Part shown: positions 19,914 to 29,556 of the stretch, in pieces
Layout of the letters: each line of letters starts with the position of its first letter
Position numbering within the stretch: position 1 is the first letter of the stretch
Assembly (NCBI GenBank): GCA_037137535.1
Contig: JBAXKC010000001.1
Coordinates: 256,001-320,000 of the forward strand
Source of the DNA: a bacterium
GTDB taxonomy: Bacteria > Cyanobacteriota > Vampirovibrionia > Gastranaerophilales > JBAXKC01
Length of the DNA stretch: 64,000 nucleotides
Direction: 5' to 3'
Translations under genes and position numbers: made by a program
Notes under the pieces: model-generated
What the model was told of the DNA's origin: nothing
Seen by the model: only the letters and a program-made list of their open reading frames with translations
Databases searched by the model: none

Positions 19914-21380
19914 TTATTTTTTTATAAGATAGATTATTTTTTTATCTTGATAAGCGATTTTCCATCCATTTGACATTAACAATTTAAGATTAGGTGTGCC
20001 TATTAAATCTTTATTTTGCCTGGCAATATATTTAATATTCTTTTTTATATATAAAGTTTTCCAGTTTTTAGCTTGAGGTAATAAAGTTTCATAATATTCT
20101 TGAACATATTTATCTCCATACATATCAAATCTGGAATCCATAAAGGCTCTGTATTTTGTATAAAATAGCAGTTCCGACCCAATAAATTCATCAGTTAATA
20201 TCAAACTGGTAGGAGGATTTTGGTTTAAATATTTAATAAAACCAGTTGTTAATACTTTTCGTTGAGCTGGAACAGCAAAACTTTTATTGAAAGTAAAAAT
20301 AAGACCTATAACTATTGCAATTAAACTCCATAAAATTACATTATCTTTTTCTTTTGAATAATTTTCTGTATTTATAACTAAATTAATATATTTCGATAAA
20401 TATAACCTACTTGCTTCAGCGAAAAACACAGGAAAAATAATTATTAAAAAACATAAATGTCTTATAGAAAATAAGGACATTGTTAAAGTTATCACCCACA
20501 TAATTCTTTCAGCAGGACGAATAGCCTTTGATTGAGTTGTATAAGCAAAAGTCAAAATACCTAAAATCACTGTAACTAATAATAACTTATTATGAAAATT
20601 AATCGGACTTAATTCCATAATAAAATTATTCATAAATTTACTTGAACCTAGAGTCATTAAATAGGGATATAATTTATACCCATTTGGATTTATAAGAGTT
20701 ACAGCAACAGTAAACAGCAATGGAAGCATAGATTTAAATGACTTGTTTTTTATGGCAGTTAATAAATATTCAATAAAAAGCCATATAATTCCAAAAACAA
20801 AACCCAAATGAATATTTGCCCATAAAACAAACAATAACGGTATTAATACCCATTTCACCTTATTCTTTTCTTTATATACTAAAATAAAATTTAATATTGA
20901 AGCCAATAAAATAGTTACGATAAAAGGTCTAAGATCTTCAAACATTATAAGGCAAGGAATAATTCCAATTATTGCAACCGCAACTTCAGGCATACCTGTA
21001 TATTTTCTTTTATATAATGTAACAGCAATAACTGAAAGCGATAAAATCAATATTGATATAATTAACCATATTAATCCATGAACTCCTAGCAGTTTATAAT
21101 CAAAATAGACAACTAACTTAAATAACCATTGATATACAACATAATTAATATGTTCTATTTGCGGAAAATTAGTTCCTAAAATATTAGTATGTGGAATTCC
21201 ATGATTTTTATATATCCATTCACCAGTTTTAATTATCCAATTATAATCGGGACTGCTGAAAATTCTTTTGCTTGTTGATGCAGTAAAAAGCATATAAAAA
21301 AAACTACACATACATATTATAGAAGTAATTCCGGGAAGAAATTTTAATATAATATTATTTTGATCATGTGGTTGTTTCAT
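19914..21380 (-). CDS. Polytopic membrane protein, probable GT-C glycosyltransferase
   Basis: Many TM helices; DYNWIIKTGEWI in the first loop, LWANIHLGF, and FMDSRFDMYG. Confidence 0.6.
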   Translation of the reverse strand: MKQPHDQNNIILKFLPGITSIICMCSFFYMLFTASTSKRIFSSPDYNWIIKTGEWIYKNHGIPHTNILGTNFPQIEHINYVVYQWLFKLVVYFDYKLLGVHGLIWLIISILILSLSVIAVTLYKRKYTGMPEVAVAIIGIIPCLIMFEDLRPFIVTILLASILNFILVYKEKNKVKWVLIPLLFVLWANIHLGFVFGIIWLFIEYLLTAIKNKSFKSMLPLLFTVAVTLINPNGYKLYPYLMTLGSSKFMNNFIMELSPINFHNKLLLVTVILGILTFAYTTQSKAIRPAERIMWVITLTMSLFSIRHLCFLIIIFPVFFAEASRLYLSKYINLVINTENYSKEKDNVILWSLIAIVIGLIFTFNKSFAVPAQRKVLTTGFIKYLNQNPPTSLILTDEFIGSELLFYTKYRAFMDSRFDMYGDKYVQEYYETLLPQAKNWKTLYIKKNIKYIARQNKDLIGTPNLKLLMSNGWKIAYQDKKIIYLIKK

Positions 21381-21625
21381 TTTATAACTATTTCCTATTC
21401 AAACCAGCTCTATACTTTAAAGTATAACAAACGTATTTAAAACGGTTAAATAAAATTTCTTTTTATTGCTAATAAAAAACTAATTAAAATCTATTATTAT
21501 TTATTTTAATCTATAAGATGTGATTGTATTACGAACTTTTATTATTTTTGCAATTATAAAAAGAAAATTGTAAGATATAAAAAATTTAAAACTAGTTTTA
21601 GTGTAGTTTTTGTGAGGAAGAGAAA

Positions 21626-22180
21626 ATGGTATTAGCTCATCGTAGTGGTTTTACTGCGTCAAATTTTGGTATGCAAATTGGCTTTGGTTATTATTCAGTA
21701 ATGAAAAAAATTGCAACAAAAGAACATGTTCATTGTGCCTATGGAGGAGAAGAACTTAATGAAGATAATCCTGCAACAGCCGAACATGTAGAACCACATA
21801 GTAAGGGTGGAGCAGATGATGATTCTAATTTTTTACCTGTATGCGAAAAACACAATGGAGAAAGAGGATGTAGATCATATAAAAGATTTTTAAGAGAGAA
21901 ACCAAAAGTCTGGAATAATATAAAAAGAACCATTTTAGAAATAAATAAAATTAAAACTGAGAACTTTGATGGACATGAATGGGCTAAAAAAATTATAAAA
22001 GCAGTTGAAATCCAATCAAAACAAAAACTTAACATTGATATTGATAATGAAGAAAATAATATATTAAATAAAGAGGAAGACCATTCTGAAACGGAATACG
22101 ATTTAGATAAGACATTAATTACTACATCAGGTAAAAAAATATATATAAAACGTGAAAAGCCTTTAGATCTATTTGCTTAA
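21626..22180 (+). CDS. HNH-fold endonuclease-like protein
   Basis: TAEHVEPHSKGG...SNFLPVCEKHNGERG. Confidence 0.8.
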   Translation: MVLAHRSGFTASNFGMQIGFGYYSVMKKIATKEHVHCAYGGEELNEDNPATAEHVEPHSKGGADDDSNFLPVCEKHNGERGCRSYKRFLREKPKVWNNIKRTILEINKIKTENFDGHEWAKKIIKAVEIQSKQKLNIDIDNEENNILNKEEDHSETEYDLDKTLITTSGKKIYIKREKPLDLFA

Positions 22181-22776
22181 TATGATTTAAAGGCTTTTAT
22201 TTTTTAGGTGAAAATTTATATAATAAAATAATTTAAAACAATTACCCGAATATGTTTTTTTGTAAAAACATACAGTTTAAATACGCCAAAAGGCTTTATT
22301 TCTTAATAATAAAGCCTTTTGATTAAGAAATGTTAAACTTTTTTAAAAAAATAGCAATTTTTTAATTTTTAAGGTTTTAAGCCTACATCCAAAATAGAGA
22401 AAAAAGTTCATAAGTTACACTTATTATCATCAAGTAGAAAAATTTATAATCTTAAATAGAAGAGGAGGATATCTCTGCATAAAGAGATACAATGATTTTG
22501 TGGGAAAACCATTGTATCAAACCTAATTATAGGACTTTATCGGCTCTGATTTTTGCTGAAAGTGTGGTGCGCTTTTACACAAAATAAACAAAACCCGCCT
22601 TTTAAATAGGTCTATTTTGTTTTGAAAAATTTCATATCACAACCCTTATTTGCATAAAAGTATGTAAAAGATAAGGGGATATCATTATGCAAAAATCTTA
22701 GCCCGAAAGCACGTAATCATCAATACATTATTAAAATTTGTAAATTAGATTTAAAAGATGCTTAGGGGGAAACTAC

Positions 22777-23442
22777 ATGTCTTTATCAAATTACGGTTCT
22801 TTTGGTATGCAAAATTTACACGCTCAAATTGGTTTTGGCTATAACTCAACAATGAAACACGTTGCAACAAAAGAACATGTACATTGCGCTTATGGCGGAG
22901 AAGAGCTTACTAGCGGACATCCTGCAACAGCAGAACATGTAAAAACTCACTCTTCAGGTGGAGCAAACAGCGACTCTAACTTCTTACCAGTATGTCAAGA
23001 ACACAATGGAGAAAGAGCAAGCATTCCATTTCCTAAATTTCTTGCTACTCATCCAAAGGCATGGAATAACATTAAACAAACCATTCTTGAACTAAATGAT
23101 GTAAAAACATCTGACTTTGATGGACATAAATGGGCTCAAAATATTGTTAAAGTTGTTGAAAAAGAATCAGGCCGTCACATGGACATCACGCTGGGAGATG
23201 ATGATGAAGTGACAACAAGAGATTATTCCTCAGAAATAAAAGACTCTTCTGATAATGAAGAAATCGATAAAACTTTAACAACGAGAACAGGTAAAAAAAT
23301 ATATATTGGTCAAAATAAACCACTAGATATTATTGAAAATGGTGAAACAGAAACGGAGCCGGAAATCGATAAAACTTTAACAACCAGATCAGGCAAAAAA
23401 ATATATATTGGAGAAAATAAACCTATAAACTTCTTCGCATAA
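22777..23442 (+). CDS. HNH-fold endonuclease-like protein (paralog) with duplicated C-terminal module
   Basis: TAEHVKTHSSGG...SNFLPVCQEHNGER; EIDKTLTTRxGKKIYIG occurs twice (102-nt period, 23260 and 23362). Confidence 0.8.
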   Translation: MSLSNYGSFGMQNLHAQIGFGYNSTMKHVATKEHVHCAYGGEELTSGHPATAEHVKTHSSGGANSDSNFLPVCQEHNGERASIPFPKFLATHPKAWNNIKQTILELNDVKTSDFDGHKWAQNIVKVVEKESGRHMDITLGDDDEVTTRDYSSEIKDSSDNEEIDKTLTTRTGKKIYIGQNKPLDIIENGETETEPEIDKTLTTRSGKKIYIGENKPINFFA

Positions 23443-23479
23443 AAATTTATATAGGTTTAATAACAGGAGGTTCTTATAC

Positions 23480-24163
23480 ATGTTCAATGCAATTGGACAC
23501 TCGACACAAACAAATATGTTGAGTTTTCAAGCGAGAAAAAAGCACGAAAAGCCACCATTAGATAGAGAACACACAGTCGCAATTCTTGGAACGGGAAAGG
23601 ATCTTGAAACTACTGAAAAATATACACAAATGGCCTATGAAGTTGCAAATAAACTTGCTAAAGACGGTTATAATGTTGTAACAGGAGGTGGTGACGGAAT
23701 TATGTCCGCTGCCAACAAAGGAGCAACCGATGCCGATGCTAAAAAAAGTTTTTCAATTATGGTCAAATACTGGCCAAATAAAATAGGTCAAAAATTTTTT
23801 AACGTTCTAAGCACAGTAATGAGTGGTCCAAAAAGAACTGATATGTTCGCAAAAGATGCAGGAACTTGGATAGTCTTCCCAGGCGGCACAGGAACTCTTG
23901 AAGAAATTGGAGTTGGAACAGAATCCAAATACTATGGTCATAAAGATGATAGAGTAGCACATCCTGATAAAATCATTATGGTTGATCGAGAATTCCAAAA
24001 ACCGCTTAAAGCCTATATTAATGGAATGCAGGAAATGGGATTAGCTCCTTTACCTCAAAATTCTGAAAAAGAAACACTCTTTGAAGAATTATTTGAAGAA
24101 GCTGATACTTCAAAAGAAATAGTTGATAAAGTAGAAAACAAAAAATTATCAACTATTACGTAG
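23480..24163 (+). CDS. LOG/SLOG family protein
   Basis: VVTGGGDGIMSAANKGA and FPGGTGTLEEI. Confidence 0.85.
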   Translation: MFNAIGHSTQTNMLSFQARKKHEKPPLDREHTVAILGTGKDLETTEKYTQMAYEVANKLAKDGYNVVTGGGDGIMSAANKGATDADAKKSFSIMVKYWPNKIGQKFFNVLSTVMSGPKRTDMFAKDAGTWIVFPGGTGTLEEIGVGTESKYYGHKDDRVAHPDKIIMVDREFQKPLKAYINGMQEMGLAPLPQNSEKETLFEELFEEADTSKEIVDKVENKKLSTIT

Positions 24164-24308
24164 TCTCTAACTATACATTGGGCTCAACTTTATGTTGAGC
24201 TCTTTTTTTATATAAATTTTAAAATTTCACTAAACTATTTTCCCAAATAGCGGATTAAATTTCATTAATTTAAGTTTAAATTAATGAATAAAAATAGAGA
24301 GGTGAAAT

Positions 24309-24581
24309 ATGTTAGAAACATTAATAATAATTCGAAATATTTTACTAAGAACTGTTATTATAAGCATAATTTACGTGTTTATCATCTTCATCTGCTATCT
24401 TTCAATGCAAAATTTCATGATCTCAATGATTGACCAAGTATATAAGATTAATGCGGAGCAATCACACATTTTAATAGTTCATTTTATTGCATTGATTAAA
24501 TTCTTTATTTTATTTGTACTACTTTTCCCTGCACTTGCAATCCATTGGACAATTAAAAAAATAGAAACTAAAAAAAAGTAA
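24309..24581 (+). CDS. Small two-TM membrane protein
   Basis: GAGGTG RBS; two hydrophobic helices; basic C-terminus. Confidence 0.7.
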   Translation: MLETLIIIRNILLRTVIISIIYVFIIFICYLSMQNFMISMIDQVYKINAEQSHILIVHFIALIKFFILFVLLFPALAIHWTIKKIETKKK

Positions 24582-24717
24582 ATTTAAATTAATCCAAAAT
24601 AATAACAGACAATAAAAAGCTAAACAAAATCAAAAAATAAAATATTTTTAATATGCAAAAAGAACTCCCAATGGGAGCTCTTTTTGTTGAACCTTTTTAC
24701 GTAGGCTATATAAATTC

Positions 24718-25005
24718 CTAGTAGGAATTTGAATAGCAAGATTTACATAATACAGGTCTGTCGCTTGATGGTTTGAAAGGAACTTGAGCAGCTCCACCAC
24801 AATCGGAACATACAGCATCGTACATTCTTTTTTGTTGGAATCCACCAGCACTTCTTCCGCCACCTTTTCTAGCGCTACGGCAAGGCTTACATCTTTTTGG
24901 TTGGTTTGTTAAACCTTTTGATTCGTAAAATTCTTGCTCGCTTACTGTGAAATCAAATTCACAACCACAGTCTGCACATTGTAAAGTAATGTCTTGATAC
25001 GCCAT
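24718..25005 (-). CDS. Zinc-ribbon + CxxC-x17-CxxC domain protein
   Basis: CADCG...FTVSEQEFY...PKRCKPCR and CSDCG...VPFKP...PVLCKSC. Confidence 0.9.
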   Translation of the reverse strand: MAYQDITLQCADCGCEFDFTVSEQEFYESKGLTNQPKRCKPCRSARKGGGRSAGGFQQKRMYDAVCSDCGGAAQVPFKPSSDRPVLCKSCYSNSY

Positions 25006-25166
25006 TATAGGCCTCCTTTTGTTAATCGATACGCTTTGAATGAGGCCTAGATAATGATATTTAACTGGCTTACTTCAAAAAAGCTATCTTTTTAGTATGT
25101 AACTATCTCACTTGAGATTATAAGAAATCCTGCTTCCAAGCAAATAATTTCTTACAACTAAGACTT

Positions 25167-25197
25167 ATTATATAACAAATAGTTCCACTTATGTCAA
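25167..25197 (-). promoter_or_regulatory. Sigma-70-type promoter ahead of a long structured 5' UTR
   Basis: Minus strand TTGACA-N17-TATATAAT. Confidence 0.6.
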
Positions 25198-25397
25198 CAC
25201 CCAAAATAAAATATTTTTTTAAATAAAACAAAATATCCATAGATAGTTGATATAAAAGGACCTTTAAAAAACATTGAACTTAATAAATTAAAATATACCC
25301 GCCACAGATTCAATAAACTTATCCATAAAATTTCAAACAAAAAGAAACTTCTACTATCCTAAAATAGAGAAGTTTCTTTTTTCAATTTACTTATTAA

Positions 25398-27056
25398 TTA
25401 AAATTTAAATTTTAATCCTGCTTGAGCCGAATAATCACCGTTGTCTAAAACATATGATAAGTTAGCATATGGATTTAATCCGTTATCTTTATTTCCTGAT
25501 AATTCAAGATCAAATTGTGGTGTTACGTTGCGTCCTGACTCAAGAGGTATATTTACAGCTACTCCCGCATTAACATTCACATCAGGAATACTTAAGTTAG
25601 GATATTTTGCTCTGTCCTCAACAGGAATACCAAAAGCATTATTATTGTAGAAAGCTCCTGCTCTTACATAAGGGGTATTACTAAATCCTGTTGTTTGACC
25701 TATAACTCCAAGATCTTTTGAAATTTGAGAACCATCATTAAATTTAGCAACTAAAGAACCTGATGTTTGAGTGTTATAAGGGTTATTTAAATTCAAACCA
25801 AGCCCTAATCCTAATCCATATCTTTCATTAGTAGTCGGATTGTTTTTATCGTCAAAAAGTTTATTTCCAATGTTTAAATTTGCTTGTAAAACTGCTTCAC
25901 CTCTTGCAGGAGTTGTATCCACAGATAAACCTGTTCCAATTGAGCCATCATTATTTAGCTTTTCAGTTCTAAATGAAATAGCAGGATCTGTTGGCAATAA
26001 TTGATTATTTGTTGAAAGTCCTAATCCTGTATTAACTATAATTCCTTCTTTTGTTTTTGGATCAACAGGTGCGTTTGTTAGGGTGCTTGCGACAGGAGAA
26101 CCAAGCCTTTTATTTGAAGTAACTAAACTTATTTGAGGCTGTTCCGGAGGAGTAGGTTTATCTTCGGGCTTTGTAGGCTCTACCGGTTTAGGATCTACGG
26201 GTTTTGTTGCGTCTGGAGTATCATAAGAACTGCTTAAGAGTTCCATTACGTTTTGATTTGTAATTTCTTTTCCATTTACATTTCCACAAAAATTCCAATG
26301 TCCAAAAGCTTCATCTTTTAATACTTGGACAGAATCACCATTTGGCATAAAGATAGCATACATTGTTTCATTATCTCTTTTTATTCTTGCTCCGTTAGGG
26401 AAAGATATTTCTTGCCCCGGCTGAATATCTTTACCATCAACCTTTAATGTATTTGAGCCTTCATTTATTTGAATATTATTTCCGCCGATTTTTATATTGC
26501 CGCTTGTTATGCCTTCATTTCCATTTGGCAATTTTCTTACGTTTACATCGATTGAATAATCTTTATCGCCTAAGTTTTCAGCATTAGCATCATGGTTTAC
26601 AAAATTTGTAGGCTTATTTAGAGTTGATACATCTGAAACTAGACCTGTTGCATCATTATTTCCTTTTACGGTCAAAAGATTTAAATTTTCATATAATCCT
26701 TTTGGAATATCAACAGTAGTCTTGTCATGAGTTGCATTAGGGTCGCTACCTGATCCCCAGAAGAAACCCGGTAACTTTGTTGTTGTAGGCTGAGAGACTG
26801 ACTTTATATCTGTACTAAAATGTCTTGCTGCATTTGCAGCTTCTACTGTTTTTTCAAAATCCGCAAAACCACTTTTAAAATCAGTGCTATTCATCAAGTT
26901 CTCTAAAGAATTTGCAGGAATATTAATACCATCCTTTTTCCAGATACTTGCCTGATCAGCCACAGCCTTTTTCTCAGCTCCGGGAACAAGTCCGGTGTTT
27001 AAAGTTACAGGTGCCTTACCTACGAGCTGACTAGCCTGATTAATGAATTCTCCCAT
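25398..27056 (-). CDS. Hypothetical protein: passenger-like N-domain, Pro-rich linker and beta-barrel-like C-terminus
   Basis: ATG 27056 has an AAGGAG RBS; linker PVDPKPVEPTKPEDKPTPPEQP; amphipathic strands ending YSAQAGLKFKF. Confidence 0.65.
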   Translation of the reverse strand: MGEFINQASQLVGKAPVTLNTGLVPGAEKKAVADQASIWKKDGINIPANSLENLMNSTDFKSGFADFEKTVEAANAARHFSTDIKSVSQPTTTKLPGFFWGSGSDPNATHDKTTVDIPKGLYENLNLLTVKGNNDATGLVSDVSTLNKPTNFVNHDANAENLGDKDYSIDVNVRKLPNGNEGITSGNIKIGGNNIQINEGSNTLKVDGKDIQPGQEISFPNGARIKRDNETMYAIFMPNGDSVQVLKDEAFGHWNFCGNVNGKEITNQNVMELLSSSYDTPDATKPVDPKPVEPTKPEDKPTPPEQPQISLVTSNKRLGSPVASTLTNAPVDPKTKEGIIVNTGLGLSTNNQLLPTDPAISFRTEKLNNDGSIGTGLSVDTTPARGEAVLQANLNIGNKLFDDKNNPTTNERYGLGLGLGLNLNNPYNTQTSGSLVAKFNDGSQISKDLGVIGQTTGFSNTPYVRAGAFYNNNAFGIPVEDRAKYPNLSIPDVNVNAGVAVNIPLESGRNVTPQFDLELSGNKDNGLNPYANLSYVLDNGDYSAQAGLKFKF

Positions 27057-27622
27057 CTTAATACTCCTTTTATAAATTTTACATTTTAAATATTTCGTAT
27101 ATATTTCGTATATATTTATAAAAACATTTCGCATGAAAAAATTGCCTGTTAAAAGCCAATATTCATGTTTTTACCATAATTTTTATAAGAAAATACTACT
27201 AAACACTTTAATTACAGACCATTTGACAAATCTAAAGTTTTGTAACATTTGCTTGCGAATTATTAATTTTTTAGTCAAATAAAGAAATACCTCTTTATTG
27301 TTTGTTTTTTTATAATAAAGCATTAAAATTTAATTAAAATCAAACAATTAATTAAGTTTTAATCTATTTCAATAACCTTAGAGATTAAAATTCAGTTTAA
27401 AAACAAAAAAATAATGCTCTATCAATTAAGAACATATTTTATTCCCCAAAATATATTTATTTTATTTAATCTAAGAATTGACCAATGACAATAAATTCTC
27501 TATAATGAGATATATAGTTGAATCTACATGAATCAAACAAAAGAAATCACAATAAAATCACCATAACATCAGAAACTGACTTTCAAAAATTGTAATATTG
27601 TAAAAAAATAGGGCTGGATTGT

Positions 27623-28507
27623 TTGAAAATTAAAAATAAAAAATTATATTTTAAGACTGGCTTAACTCTTGTAGAGTCTTTATTTGTTATGGTAATAATG
27701 AGTACAGTTTTAATATCCAGTATTCCTATTTTTGCCAATAAAAAAATACTTAGAACAGACACTCCAAATATTGGAATTGTGGCAATTTGGGCAAACCCCG
27801 GAGCCATTCCTTCAAACTTTCTTGAATGTAACGGACAAGCATATAACGTAGCTGACTATCCTGATTTATTCAACATTATTGGAACGTCCTACGGTGGAGC
27901 AGGCTCAACTTTTAATGTCCCAAACTTACAGGGAAGAACTGCAATAGGAGCAGGAACTGGAGCTGGACTTACAAATAAAGTATATCAAACAACAGTAGGC
28001 TCTGAGGAAGAAAGTCTTACATTAGCTCAACTTCCAAACCATGTTCATATCTTTAACGACCCTGGACACAAACACTGGGACTCAGGACATGCTCATGGAA
28101 CAAGCGACCCTGGACACAAACACTGGGACTACGGACATTCTCACACTTTATGGGATGGCTGGCACAGTCATTATTATAGAGATGTTTATTATTCTGAGTT
28201 TGGCTCAACTCCTGTCCCATGGGACATAGGAACAAATGCCAGAAGTGATTATGACAATAAAGGTCTTGAAATTCGCAGAAATACAAACTGGACCGGCTCG
28301 AATATCGGAATATATAATGGTTATGCAAATGTATCCTATCAAAGTAGCAATCTTGCCGCTTCTACTAATAACGGTAATGCTTCCATTCAATCAGCTCTAA
28401 GCAATGTAACCGTACCTGTAAGCGGTGGAAGTGGAACTGCAACAGGAAATCCTCATGAAAATATGCTTCCTTTTAGAGCTTTAAGATATATTATTAGAGC
28501 AAAATAA
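27623..28507 (+). CDS. Type IV prepilin N-terminus fused to phage tail-collar / HxH fibre domain (copy 1)
   Basis: G|LTLVE...P22; collar FLECNGQAY...YPDLFNIIGTSYGG...FNVPNLQGR; six HxH motifs; C-terminal HENMLPFRALRYIIRA. Confidence 0.88.
   Translation: MKIKNKKLYFKTGLTLVESLFVMVIMSTVLISSIPIFANKKILRTDTPNIGIVAIWANPGAIPSNFLECNGQAYNVADYPDLFNIIGTSYGGAGSTFNVPNLQGRTAIGAGTGAGLTNKVYQTTVGSEEESLTLAQLPNHVHIFNDPGHKHWDSGHAHGTSDPGHKHWDYGHSHTLWDGWHSHYYRDVYYSEFGSTPVPWDIGTNARSDYDNKGLEIRRNTNWTGSNIGIYNGYANVSYQSSNLAASTNNGNASIQSALSNVTVPVSGGSGTATGNPHENMLPFRALRYIIRAK
28057..28130 (+). repeat. Intragenic 26-bp direct repeat, 48-bp period
   Basis: CGACCCTGGACACAAACACTGGGACT at 28057 and 28105, encoding DPGHKHWD twice. 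Confidence 0.9.
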
Positions 28508-28548
28508 TAACTGATTAATAATTACGTTTCATAAGAAAAGAGGCTGGA

Positions 28549-29526
28549 TTGACAAGAAATCTTAATACTAAAAAATCACTTAAATTTCCAAGAAATGGTT
28601 TAACTATTTCAGAAGTATTAGTTGTTATGGTTTTATTTGGTGTTATTGCTGTTTCTTCTATACCTGCTTTTACTTCTAATGAAACTCAAAACAGAGATTT
28701 AATAGCAAGTATTGGAAGTATTATGCTATGGGCAGGTAATGGAAATCCTCCGCCTAATTTTGTTGAATGTAATGGACAATCACTCAACAAAGCTGATTAT
28801 CCACTATTATTTGGTGTTATCGGAAATACCTACGGTTCTACAGCAACAAAATTCAACGTTCCTGACATAAGAGGCAGAGCCGTAATAGGGGCAGGACAGG
28901 GAACAGACCCAAGTCCCTATTCAGGAGTAAGCCCAAACCTGACTCTTAGAAATTTTAAAGATATAGGCGGAACTGAAACTGTCACTCTTACAGCCGCTGA
29001 TTTGCCTAATCATGCTCATGGAGTAACAGATCCCGGACATACTCATTCAGATGCGGGGCATGCCCATTCGGTTGCAGACTATGGACATTCTCATGTTGAT
29101 TGGGGGCATGTTCACTCAGTATGGGATGGCGGACATTCTCATTACTATGATGATATTTATTATGCAGAAAGTATGGGTTATGCTAAATGGATATCAGGTG
29201 GTGGAGCAAATCCACATGGATATAATCACCCAAGCCCTAACGGACCTTTTGTTGGTAATGGACAAGGAGATTGGACAGACTTTGACAATGGCGGACATGA
29301 TATGGGACGTTGGACAAATGCTTCACCTTCGAATTTAGCTCTTTATCCAGGCTATGCAAACCTTACCTATAATGGAACAAATGTAACCTTTGGGACAGGC
29401 TATGCTAATCTTACCTCTAATTCGGCAAACCTCACAATAGTTCCCAGCGGAGGAAGTAATCCGGTTACTCCGCATAATAATTTGTCAGCTGCTCTTGTAT
29501 TAAAATATGTAATTAAAGCCCGATAA
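28549..29526 (+). CDS. Type IV prepilin N-terminus fused to phage tail-collar / HxH fibre domain (copy 2)
   Basis: G|LTISE..G14..P22; FVECNGQSL...YPLLFGVIGNTYG...FNVPDIRGR; six HxH motifs; HNNL...LKYVIKAR. Confidence 0.88.
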   Translation: MTRNLNTKKSLKFPRNGLTISEVLVVMVLFGVIAVSSIPAFTSNETQNRDLIASIGSIMLWAGNGNPPPNFVECNGQSLNKADYPLLFGVIGNTYGSTATKFNVPDIRGRAVIGAGQGTDPSPYSGVSPNLTLRNFKDIGGTETVTLTAADLPNHAHGVTDPGHTHSDAGHAHSVADYGHSHVDWGHVHSVWDGGHSHYYDDIYYAESMGYAKWISGGGANPHGYNHPSPNGPFVGNGQGDWTDFDNGGHDMGRWTNASPSNLALYPGYANLTYNGTNVTFGTGYANLTSNSANLTIVPSGGSNPVTPHNNLSAALVLKYVIKAR

Positions 29527-29556
29527 AACATAATACGCTTATAGAAAGAGGACAGG

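Noticed and set aside
22537-22563. Second sigma-28 promoter on the minus strand
   Set aside because: GCCGATAA is present, but there is no TAAA at the 15-nt spacing and no downstream ORF.
27090-27117. Short tandem repeat TATTTCGTATA upstream of the barrel-like gene as a regulator site
   Set aside because: Only two low-complexity copies in very AT-rich DNA; insufficient support.
28057-28130. CRISPR-like repeat or diversity-generating retroelement target
   Set aside because: Only two copies, in frame within a coding region; no cas or reverse transcriptase gene and no template repeat seen.
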